A stretch of DNA of 64,000 nt from Eledone cirrhosa (taxonomy: Eukaryota). This document shows, one piece after another, positions 1-10,489 of this stretch. The translations under genes and the position numbers were made by a program. Position 1 is the first letter of the stretch. Each line of letters opens with the position of its first letter. Under the pieces are notes generated by a model. The model ran no database searches. It saw nothing but the letters and a program-made list of their open reading frames with translations, and had not been told where the DNA came from. Location: contig OZ024744.1 of assembly GCA_964016885.1 (NCBI GenBank), positions 108,624,001-108,688,000 of the forward strand, in the 5' to 3' direction.

Positions 1-16
1 TCATCTTAATTGTAAC

Positions 17-230
17 TTATTTATTATTATTTATTATCTTTTTCTTTTTCTTTTTCTTTTTCTTTTTCTTTTTATTTTTATTTTTATTTTTATTTTTCTT
101 TTTATTTTTATTTTTCTTTTTCTTTTTCTTTTTCTTTTTCTTTTTCTTTTTCTTTTTCTTTTTCTTTTTCTTTTTCTTTTTCTTTTTCTTTTTCTCTTTT
201 TTCTTTTTTCTTTTTCTTTCTTTATTATTG
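17..230. repeat. Simple repeats (TTA)n/(TTTTTC)n/(TTTTTA)n
   Basis: Directly visible; explains the poly-Lys ORF 17..271. Confidence 0.95.
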
Positions 231-319
231 GTGTTGTTATTTGAATTCTCCTCGTATATTACAAATGCCATGTGTAATACTGTTTGTCAGTTATTCCAGT
301 GATTTGATTAGGCATACAT

Positions 320-384
320 GTATTTAAGATTGAGTGACAACTTCAATCTTTAGACACCCTAATCAATGAAACAATTGTTAATAC
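320..384 (+). ncRNA. Hammerhead-like motif with shortened 4-nt first core (UAAG)
   Basis: Stem I GTATT/AATAC, core TAAG, stem II ATTGA/TCAAT, GAAA, palindromic stem III ACAATTGT, triplet GUU, AATAAA at 389-394. Confidence 0.6.
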
Positions 385-526
385 TGTAAATAAAACCTTT
401 TTTGTACTGTTGACCATGTTATTCTTCACTCTTTCACTATATATGTATGTATATATATATATATATATATAAATATAAATTAGCGAGAATCGTACTTCAG
501 CTCAGGAATTAACGAAAATCAACGTC

Positions 527-619
<93 letters not shown>

Positions 620-620
<1 letters not shown>

Positions 621-3600
621 TAGCAGAAGTGCCGGCGTTGCTCGCAGTTTAATTGCTTTAAAGTACTTTTAATGATTCCACTCAATTATGAATATTGAGG
701 CATTGAAAGTAAATACGGGTAAGTTTGAAAATATACAACAATAGCATCTACTCACCATATGCCAGGCCGGCAAGACTGCAGTGGTGCTGAATAGAGGAGT
801 CACAACACCTCTCTGTAGACCACATTTTTTGTTCTGCCTTTGGGCGCAAGTATGAATAAGTTCTGCTTGCATCCCACTCTTGAGCATGCGACGTATAATT
901 GGCCGTGTGAGAAGCACGGCTGGGCTAAATGCAGGCCCGCCGTTGATAGCGTTTGGCCTTGGGACTTGTTGATTGACATCGCGAAGCAAAGTTTAACGGG
1001 GAATTGAGGTCGGCGCAGAGTACAGGGGCATTCCGTACCTGATGGAGTTAATGGTATTCTGGCTATGAAGACGTTTTCTCTAGCGCCGCAGCCCGTGAGA
1101 ATTGTGGCTTCAATTACATGCGGCAGGAGGTTCTTACCACTAACCGTGTTCCGTTGCAGAGACGTGGCGGTTCCAGGTTTCTCAACAGCATCACTGGAGT
1201 CCCAACTTTGACGCGCAATTCATGAGGTGGCAGTCCAGGGAGGTCCAAGGAATTGAGGAATTCTGTTGGAAAATTGTCACCCTCATCTTTGTCCACAACT
1301 TTGTCCACAGATTTGTAGGTACGGAGGTTTCCAGGAATGCGTTGCAGAAGGTCCTCATTGATTTTTGCAACTGAGACATTTTTGGGAGCCAATATGGCTC
1401 TATCGCATAGCCAACTCGTGTTTTTGTAGTTGGTCGCCGGCAGTTAGGATTTTGTCCTCGATGTCAATGAGAGCTTTGTTGAAGAATTCGTCGCTGAGTC
1501 GTACGTCGGAATGAGGGAGTAGCAGTTGTCCTTTGTGTATGAAGTCATCGGAAAGGTCCTCTTTGTATTTGTCCCATAAGGATGCAGGGTCACTTAACTC
1601 GCATGTCTGCAGTAGCACCACAAAGAGTTGCCGAAGAGTTCGCGCTAAGCGTATTGTAGCTGCCTCCGCCAATGTCCTATTCCACTGAGTGCCATCTTCC
1701 AGTAGACCCCGTCTAAGGCAGGCTGCGTGGAATGAAGTACAAAGCTTTCCGTTGATTGTTTTCAGATCGTCGAAAGATGTCGGTCCTACTACGTCATGCA
1801 GTAGAAGGCGGAGATAAAAGCATTCCTGTTGGTTAGGAAAAATGGTGTACACTCTCCCAAGGGTAGGGGACATTTTAATGTCTGGATGTCCCTCGACGGG
1901 TTGTCCTTTCACCCTTCTTAGCCAAATTCTGTTGTCTGTGTTCCATGTGTAGTATGATGGCACCTGAGAGTAGAAGATGGTCTTGGCGAAGGGATCGTTT
2001 CGGCATAACTTTAAAAAGTGTGGTGTCTTTGGGTTCCTCTGCTATCTCAGCAGCGGTGGAGGCGGTGAAGTAGACACTTTGACCGTTTTCAAGGTGCACC
2101 GCCAACTGTTTGATTGGGGGCTAGTTATGGTGTATTGCAAAGTGGAAGAATCGCCAGAACGCTTCATTCCTGCTGATGTATCGGCCGACCTGGTTTCGTG
2201 TTACTTCGTCTCGGTTGTTCTCCATTGTAAGACCAAAGGACGCAGCATCGGACCCCTTATTGATATACTTGCAGACGTACTTTATCGATTTGACGGAGTG
2301 GCAGTATTCAACGTTAATGTGGGCGTTAAACAATTTAAGCAGAAGTGGGCAGTAGGGTACAATCCACCGGTTGTCGACGTTGTGATGTGGTGTTTTCGCA
2401 ACAATTCCGCCGTCCGCTGGCTCCCTGCGGCGGTATAATGGATAACCGTCGCCACCTGTCCGAGTTTCTCGGAGGAATGGCCTTGGATACCTCTTGGTGC
2501 ACCTTCTTTCTTTAATGCATGAAGAATTCATGTTGAAACCGTTTCCGCATGGCCCATGAACCATGTGATCAGTGACGATGTTGTGGAGTTCTCTGTCCAA
2601 TTTTGGGTCGGGTATTTCTGCTGAAATGATGCTGCCAATGTTGCTTGCGTTGATTTTCGTTATCAGCCAAATGAGTAGGTGAGCGTGTGGCAGGTCTCTC
2701 TTTTGCCACTCAACGGGGTATACGTAGCACCTAACAGGTACAAAGGCCTTACCTGATTTTAGGAGTTCAATAAGTTTTGTCAACTTCAAGTGAAAGACTC
2801 GTCCCGTAAGATCGTGTCTGTCTGAGGCCATTTGTCCGGGGAATAATTCCGCGGTAATTTCACTCCACTTAGGGTTGTATGCTGAAGTGATGAAGAGATC
2901 CGGTCTGCCATAGAGACGCACGTACGTCATAACATCCTGTGTGCGTTCACTCATGTATGGGGGACTCCCTATGAAGGTCGACGGAAGGATACAATGTTTT
3001 CCTAGGTTCTCGGGATCGACGTCATTCCTTACTCCATCCCGTAAGTGAATGTAGCTGTCCGAACGAAGGATTGTTTGATTGTTCCTTATGTAGCACAGCC
3101 TTTCAGATTCCATCTTTGCGCACGCGTCTACAGCACGCGTCTTCTGGTTGAAGAGTACTCTTGCACGGTGGAGTTGGTTAAAGCAGCATTCGCGGACCAT
3201 GAATCGGTAGGTGTAGAATTGCATAGAGGAAACAGTTTTGTTGCTGTTACACAAAGGAATTCCAAAGTGGTATCCGTCGTCACCGAATGGGAAAAGTAGG
3301 GGATATTGGAATGCGTCGTAGGACCTATGCATCTCGCTGATCCGTTGCAGACTATTGTCTGAAGTATGATGTCCCGCTTGTTGTACTGTTCTCCATGAAG
3401 AAGCACAGCTATTTCATTGCACGTGGGAGTGTTAAAACGTCTGGCGTGGGTGCCTGGTGGTTTCCTGTCAGCGTCGATTATAACAGCAAAGTTTGGCAAC
3501 GGTGCAGCCTCTAATGCGCATTTAAAACTGCGAATGTAGTTGTTGTTTTCGCGCAGCATTCTATGGAGTTGCAACATAATGTTCATGTCTGTGCCAGGCG

Positions 3601-5542
3601 AAATTGAAGCGCGTCGTTCCGCTTGGTCCAAATAGTCAGTGACAAAGTGTAGCTGCAGGAACTGGGGCTGTCCGTCTGTCGTGGGCAGTAGCGAACCGAT
3701 TCTGTGGTAAATTTGTCCTTGTACTTTAAAGGTAGGCATGAAGCCGTCCTCGCGTGTGATGTTAGCTCCGAAAGAGGTCATTTGGAAGGCAGCGTTGTAT
3801 CTCCTGGAACATCGAAGGAAGTGTTCCGACTCTGCTGTGGCACCGGTCAGTAGAGACTTCAAAGATGGTTCCTGTAGAGGAGGCAGTTTCCCTTTGCCGT
3901 CAGAGCAGCACATCCCTGAAGTCTCCCCAGGCCATTTTTTTTGCCCGACAATATTGGCAAATAACAGACATGGATCCAATCTGAACTTCTGGCATCAGTG
4001 CATAGTTTACTGTTGTGTCATAGTGGAAAGCCTTATGAGACCACTGAGTGCAACTGATCCTCTGTGTACCTCGTTTCACACTCCTGTGGAGTGCGTTGGC
4101 GTTTAGCCTTTGTAATTGAATTTGCGCAGTCTCTGATGCGCGAACGGAAGCTGTTGAAGCGGCGTCCGTACGTTGACGTCTGGAACGCTGCCCTTCGTCC
4201 TCGGCAGCACGTGACGCAGCAGTTGAGGCGGCTACTCTTCGTCGTCGACTGTAACGGTGTTCTTCGTCCTCACCGTCACATGCCGCAGCGGTGGAGGCCG
4301 CATTTTTGCTTCGTCGTCGAGAATGTTGTTCATCAGTTTGCGCTGCACGTGCAACTGCAGTAACAAATGCATTTCCGGAAAGGCAGATGCTCCTCCTTTT
4401 TCTGTCTCAGTTGCCCGGGTAATTGCATTTCGAGTTGCATTTTGTGACAACCGAGTCAATTTTTCTACGGACAACTCTGTAGCTCTTCTTCGTTTGGCAG
4501 CAGAAGCAGCTTTAGTTTGGCGACTAAGTCGTGGTCTTTTTTGGGGTGGCATGACCGTAGATTCAAAGAATGTGTTTGGTAGTGAAAATTTTCAAATGAA
4601 TTTTGAATTAGTTTAAAGTGAGTACTATATTGTAGCAGGACCGAACACGTAAATATTTATGCAGGTAATGGAGCATGAAAGGGGGAGTAGCCAAAACTTT
4701 CAACTGAACGGTGAGTAAGTGGAAAGTAAGTACTAAGTAAGATCTATGAAGAATGCACGTCAAATAATAGGTCAAACCTGTAAGCCAAGCCTGTCTGAGT
4801 TATAGCACAAAAGAGCGTAAACAGGGGCGTTATTTTGGAGCACACTGGAAAATAAATCATCGAAATCGGACGTTCGTTAAAAAAGTTTTCTCATTAGTTC
4901 TTTGTCTCATATTAAGAAAAACAATGAAAGAAAAATTACAAAAAGAAGCGTCGTTATTGTTACGTTTGTTGTTTTATAAATTCATCTGTTGCTTTTGAAT
5001 ATTTGTTATTTGATGTAAAATGTAACGTTGAGAGAGCAGTATGTATTTAGTGTTATCGGCCTTTTAAATTTTGATATTTGATGTAAGACGAACGAAGAGG
5101 GTGAATGATCTATTATAGAGAGAGAAGATTTGTCGTTGTTCTAAACTGTAATGGAGGCGGAAGCAGTAACCTTTTAAAGAGAGTTGCAGAGGAGATTGGG
5201 GGTAGTGAGAGGAATGAAGCGTGTAAGAGAGAGGGTTATCAAAGTTTGTGTCGCGTTCCTTCAGAGACGGAGGCAGTAACCTTTTAAAGAGGGTTGCGGA
5301 GGAGATTGAGGGTAGTGAGAGGAATGAAGCGTGTAAGAGAGAGGGTTACAGCATGTATTTAGTTTTATCGATTTTTTTTCATAGAAGCAGGAAATATTTG
5401 GCAAAAGTAATTCCGCGTTAACCTGCTCTGGTAAATTTGGAGCACATTGGAAAAAAAATCCTCAAAATCGGTAGAGAAATATGGAAATGCATAAAAATCA
5501 TACACACACACAGACAGACATCTACCATTTTATATATATAGA
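620..5542 (-). mobile_element. Helitron (formerly autonomous, decayed)
   Basis: Minus-strand 5' TCTATATATATAAAA; 3' GC-rich subterminal segment then CTAG followed by T, inserted in (TA)n; RepHel remnants inside. Confidence 0.92.
860..4552 (-). pseudogene. Helitron RepHel (HUH Rep + PIF1 helicase), frameshifted, helicase core deleted
   Basis: KKWPGETSGMCCSDGK Zn region; Rep motifs RPDLFIT, VEWQKRDLPHAHLLIW, KYVCKYINKG; PIF1 C-terminal LLRNLEPPRLCNGTRL and AMSINKSQGQTL; no Walker A seen. Confidence 0.92.
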
Positions 5543-5544
5543 GA

Positions 5545-6141
5545 CTAGCAGAAAACCACCCACGGGGTGGTTTTCTGCTAGTGTATATATATATTACACA
5601 CACAGAAATGTATATATATTTCTGTGTGTATATATATATTACACACACAGAAATGTATATATATTTCTGTGTGTATATATATATATATATTACACACACA
5701 GAAATCTATATATATTTCTGTGTGTATATATATAAATATATATTACACACACAGAAATGTATATATATTTCTGTGTGTATATATATTTCTGTGTGTGTAT
5801 ATATATATATATATTACACACACACAGAAATGTATATATGTTTCTGTAGCACTCCTCAATTCCCCCTCTCCCACCCGCTATCCCCCTCTTGTAGTCTGTC
5901 TCTTTCTTTCACTCTCACTCTCTATCTACGCGTGCGCAAAAAACATTCGCACGCGCGCACGTGTTTTAGCGTCTATTCACTCTCTCTCTCTCTCCCTCCC
6001 GCTATCCCCCTCTCGTAGTCTGTCTCTTTCTTTCACTCTCACTCTCTCTCTCTACGCGTGCGCAAAAAACATTCGCACGCGCGCACGTGTTTCCACTGTC
6101 GGACAGACAGACAGAGAAATTGCTGGTTATATATTATAAGG
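5545..6141 (-). mobile_element. Non-autonomous Helitron with internal ~45-55 bp tandem repeats
   Basis: Minus-strand 5' CTTATAATATATAA..(CTGT)n, 3' TTCTGCTAG; repeat unit tattacacacacagaaatgtatatatatttctgtgtg at 5592-5850. Confidence 0.65.
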
Positions 6142-6143
6142 AG

Positions 6144-6523
6144 ATTTATTAAAATAACAGATTAAAGTTTAAGCAAAGAATCGCTGCTTACTTTATTCTT
6201 AACTCTGAAGCCGAGAATCATTCGGTTTCCTAATTAGAATTTTAGTCTACGACTACAGTTATACCATTTACGTGGTTTTGTCTTTGCGTGTAATTGTTTT
6301 TCACCGCTCCAAATAATGACGTATTATATTCGTTGTTTCCCATTCTTTGCCAGGGAAAGTTTCCACGAACCAAAGTATCGTCTTCCTGTCTTCCTCTGGT
6401 TGCAACGTTTTTTGAAATATTTACTTCTGCGTTCACAGATTGACTTTGTTAGTTTCTGAAGATCCTGTTAAGGGTGAAAGCAGCGATTCTTTGCTTAAAC
6501 TTTAATCTGTTATTTTAATAAAT
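6144..6523 (+). mobile_element. Short PLE-type insertion (family A) with 46-bp inverted termini
   Basis: 6144-6189 is the reverse complement of 6478-6523; contains an HHR; partial second copy at 23785-23890. Confidence 0.75.
6451..6501 (+). ncRNA. Type I hammerhead ribozyme (family A)
   Basis: AGTTT CTGAAGA TCCTGTTAAGGGT GAAA GCA..TGC TT AAACT; stems I and III pair; triplet CUU. Confidence 0.75.
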
Positions 6524-6629
6524 ATTTGCTCTACGGTTCTTATATATTTGATATATATTTATCCTTATCGAGCCCTCTTTGGATTTTAGTCTTCAAATTT
6601 ATTATTATTACTATATATATATATAGTAA

Positions 6630-6735
6630 TAATTGTTTCTACTTTAGGCACAAGGCCAGCAACTACCCAGTGCATTACTGGTACTTTATTTTATCGACCC
6701 GGTAGGATGAAAGGCAAAGTCAACCTCGGCGGGAT
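6630..6735 (-). mobile_element. tRNA-derived SINE, 3' fragment
   Basis: Reverse complement of the SINE body at 9730-9836. Confidence 0.85.
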
Positions 6736-6751
6736 TATATATAGTAATAAT

Positions 6752-7085
6752 GAAACGAAATTTCATTTCCCACTCTTAGTACGGCTGTTACTTAAATATA
6801 AGTATGTACACGTACATACATATATGTATACAGACATACAGTAGTATGTATATATATACATACATGAACACATATATATATATATATATGTACGTATGGA
6901 TTCACCGAACATTTATTATAATGCTCGGTCTGTTTGTAAGCAAACATCCCGTATTAAGCCGTAGTGTCTAGCAACCCTCGTTGCTCGTTTGTTCAACACT
7001 GACAAAGGAACGCTGTACTAGTTTCAAGCTTATTAGCTATCGTCAGCAACGTATACCTTCCTGCCAGATTGTTGAACGTTTGAAA
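6752..7085 (-). mobile_element. HHR-bearing repeat (family H)
   Basis: Homologous to 63300-63633 and 63720-63963. Confidence 0.75.
7011..7051 (-). ncRNA. Minimal type I hammerhead ribozyme (family H)
   Basis: Minus strand CGTTG CTGACGA tAGCTaataAGCTt GAAA CTAG TA CAGCG; palindromic stem III ACTAGT. Confidence 0.8.
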
Positions 7086-7293
7086 GACTAATTAGTTGGA
7101 GTGAAACTTATGTAACTAAGTTCATTATTATAATTTTCTTATTTTACGTCTTTCATATAATTGTTCTACATTTTTGTATTGAACCACAAAGTTTCTAAAA
7201 CAAAACCTATATCTTGCTAGCATAAGTATACTTCTGTATTATATGTTGGTAGATATACTAATTCTGTATTATATGTTGGTAGATATACTAATT

Positions 7294-7388
<95 letters not shown>

Positions 7389-7430
7389 CAAAGAGATATT
7401 TAATTTGTTGGTAATCCAACAAATTTAATT

Positions 7431-7640
7431 AGAGAAGACGTAGTTCAAATTTTATCAGAGAAGAACTTTTTGCACTTTGAAATAGTTCCATGAAGATAGA
7501 AAATATTTGCCGAAAATTATTAAGTTAACGAAATTATAGAGAATTTAGTATTTTTGTTGTTGAGAAGAGATGATGCTTATGCGTGCTAGATTATAAAGGA
7601 AAAGTTCTTCTCTAATAAAATTTTAACTACGTCTTTTTCT
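7431..7640. repeat. Degenerate ~40-bp inverted repeats flanking a possible decayed HHR
   Basis: agagaagacgtagtt..gaagaactttt vs aaagttcttc..aactacgtctttttct. Confidence 0.6.
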
Positions 7641-7713
7641 TAACTATATATTGAAAATGTAAACACAATATCTTTCGTAACCCTTAAATTATAAAATAAT
7701 ATTTGAATTACTT

Positions 7714-8331
7714 ATATATTTAAAATAACAACATATATAATCACCAATAATATTTATATTTTTATTTATTTATATAAATAATTATATAAATGACCAGCTG
7801 TAATATAATAAGCTTAAATGTACTTACAACCTTAATTCTTCATAAAATCTAATTATAAGGATTATCTATATAATATTATAACTCATGATTTGGTTATATA
7901 CTTTAAATTTTTGGATTAGTATTCTACCACTTCAACACATTTTTAATTTGTAAATTTACTTTCTTCTTTCTTCTTCTTATATAAAGTATCCTAATAATTA
8001 TTTAAATTTACCTAGGTAAGAATACTGCCGCTAGGTAAATTTAAGTAATTATTAGGATACTTTATATAAGAAGAAGAAAGAAGAAAGTAAATTTACAAAT
8101 TAAAAATGTGTTGAAGTGGTAGAATACTAATCCAAAAATTTAAAGTATATAACCAAATCATGAGTTATAATATTATATAGATAATCCTTATAATTAGATT
8201 TTATGAAGAATTAAGGTTGTAAGTACATTTAAGCTTATTATATTACAGCTGGTCATTTATATAATTATTTATATAAATAAATAAAAATATAAATATTATT
8301 GGTGATTATATATGTTGTTATTTTAAATATA
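7714..8331. repeat. Near-perfect AT-rich palindrome, ~300-bp arms, ~15-nt spacer
   Basis: 7714-8016 is the reverse complement of 8031-8331. Confidence 0.9.
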
Positions 8332-8489
8332 ACGACTCTTTTCAGTCTACGCTTCTACTTCATTTACATATCCATCCTAAGGATTTGAAATTTTTTTCTT
8401 TTATTCCTTTTCCTTTCACTACCCAAACGGAACCTGAACCGATAAGGTCTGGTTTACTGGGTATGTCACTATTTATAAAACAAATTTTG

Positions 8490-8550
8490 TATTTTATCTG
8501 ATGAGTGCGTACCAAAATTTTGGTAGCCTTGAAATAGATATAATAAAATA
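8490..8550 (+). ncRNA. Type I hammerhead ribozyme (family D, diverged copy)
   Basis: TATTTTAT CTGATGA ..tacc aaaatttt ggta.. GAAA TAGATA TA ATAAAATA; homologous to 52286-52350. Confidence 0.75.
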
Positions 8551-8597
8551 AATATGGTTTTATAAATATAGTTTCCATTTATTAATATCATTGATAT

Positions 8598-9410
8598 ATA
8601 TAACTGAACAAAAAAGAAAAACGAACACAGACATATACATATATGTTCACATTGTAAGGGACCAGATTCGCTAAGGTGAAAAGAATACTAATTATAGACA
8701 ATAGGGTTTGCCAGACTCAATTTAAGAATAAATCAAGAAAAATAAATACAAACCAGAATTGTGGTAACTACCGATCACCCGGACAGTTTTGATAATACTG
8801 TTTCGCAATATTAATTGTGAAGAGGAATACCAAAATTCTAGCTCATTCATCATTGAGTTTCTAACTCAATACATGCCTTTGATATATTCGGCTCCGTTAA
8901 TTCGTCGAGCTAATTCAAATGTCGAGTAAACCCGGCTGCTATTTTTAGTGGCGTGAGTTTGCGAGACACGCAAAGTTCTGACACCATGAGCGTTTTATAT
9001 ATACACACTATCTAGTTTTTTAATATACTTAGAAGTGACCAGGAGACTAATAATTCTTCACCCGCTGATGAGCTTAGAGTTTTGGTACTCCTCTTCACAA
9101 TTAATATTGCGAAACAGTATTATCAAAACTGTCCGGGTGATTGGTAGTTACCACAGTTCTGGTTTGTATTTATTTTTCTTGATTTATTCTTAAATGGAGT
9201 CTAACAAACCCTATTGTCTATAGTTAGTATTCTTTTCACCTTAGCGAATCTGGTCCCTTACGATTTGAACACATATCTGTATATGTCTATGTTCGTTTTT
9301 CTTTTTTTGTTCAGTTATATTATACGGCTCGGAAAAACCTCTTTCCTAGAGCTATTTTATTGTAAGAGACTATTTTGTGTTTCTAACTCAATATATGCCT
9401 TTGATATATA
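8598..9410 (+). mobile_element. Fold-back non-coding HHR element (family E)
   Basis: 8598-8846 is the reverse complement of 9068-9320; ~30-nt direct repeat at 8857 and 9379. Confidence 0.8.
9058..9140 (+). ncRNA. Type I hammerhead ribozyme (family E)
   Basis: TCACCCG CTGATGA GC..GC GAAA CAGT..ACTG TC CGGGTGA; 7-bp stem I, GUC triplet. Confidence 0.9.
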
Positions 9411-9510
9411 TATATAGTTGATATATATATATATATAGTTGTAGTGCACCTGAGCACTGTACACAATATTTCATTTTTTTTTTTTTTTTTTTTTAAATAT
9501 ATATATATAT

Positions 9511-10485
9511 GTATTTATCACTTCGCTAGCTACCACAACACATTTATTTTGTTATCCTCATTTTCCCCTACCATGCTGCCTCTCTATCTGTCTATGTTTC
9601 CATCAAAGGCTACATGCCATGACTAGCTATTATTATTATTGTAGCGGTGGATTGGCAGTATGGGTAGAGGATCGGACGCCATGCTTTCCAGCATAGTTAT
9701 GTCCCTTTACGATCTGAGTTCAAATCCCGCCGAGGTTGACTTTGCCTTTCATCCTTACGGGGTCGATAAAATAAAGTACCAGTAATGCACTGGGTAATTG
9801 CTGGCCTTGTGCCTAAAGTAGAAACAATTATTATTGTAGCTGTATTCATTTCTATCGGTTATCTTGCCATGCTGTCTTCTATCGGTTATTTTGATAGCCA
9901 TGATGGCGACCCTCTCTCTATGATGGCTACCCTCTCTCTATCTATCTCTAAGCCACCTATTACCTCCCTTTCCCTCTTCACCCATTCCTCCTCACCCATC
10001 TTGAAGTTATTGAAGAGATAAGACACACTCTACTCTGAAGGGCTAAAATGAATCACTAAGGGCTGTTTAGCTTCGTTCCATCTATCCATCCATACAAATC
10101 TTGTCAGGTATCCCTATTTTCCCCAATTGCAAATGTTCTGCTCGCATCTATTGCTGTATTTATCACTTCGCTAGCCACCACAACACATTTATTTTGTTAC
10201 CCTCATTTTCTTTACCATGCTGCCTCTCTATCTGTCTATTTTTCCATCAAAGGCTACAAGCCATAACTGGCTACGGCCCTTGCCGTTCTGAGTTTAAATT
10301 CCACCGAGGTTAACTTTGCCTTTCATCCTTACGGGGTCGATAAAATAAAGTACCAGTAATACACTGATATAATTGCTGGCCTTGTGCCAAAAAGTAGAAA
10401 CAATTATTATTGTAGCTGTATTCATTTCTATCGGTTATCTTGCCATGCTGTATTCACTTCTATCGGTTATTTTGATAGCCATGAC
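9511..10485. repeat. Diverged direct duplication of a SINE with its flanks (9511-9905 / 10156-10485)
   Basis: Shared gtatttatcacttcgctagc.. upstream and ..tctatcggttattttgatagccatga downstream. Confidence 0.85.
9645..9836 (+). mobile_element. tRNA-derived SINE (full length), central domain resembling MetaSINE
   Basis: A-box TGGCAGTATGG, B-box GAGTTCAAATCC, body gactttgcctttcatccttacggggtcgataaaataaagtacc, (ATT)n tail; about 10 copies in the window. Confidence 0.85.
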
Positions 10486-10489
10486 TGGC

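Noticed and set aside
478-530. Short unique island between (TA)n tracts
   Set aside because: Too short to assign; possibly a PLE tail but unsupported.
5592-5850. Hairpin-containing ~45-55 bp repeats
   Set aside because: Minisatellite within a Helitron; no spacers.
7072-7125. Possible + strand HHR (TTGAAAG..GAAACTTATGTA)
   Set aside because: Core deviates at three positions, stems are short, and it overlaps the family H sequence.
7562-7612. Possible HHR GAGAA GAGATGA..GAAA AGTTC TTCTC
   Set aside because: Core too degenerate to call; kept only as an inverted repeat.
9645-9740. tRNA gene
   Set aside because: A/B boxes belong to a multi-copy SINE head; no complete cloverleaf.
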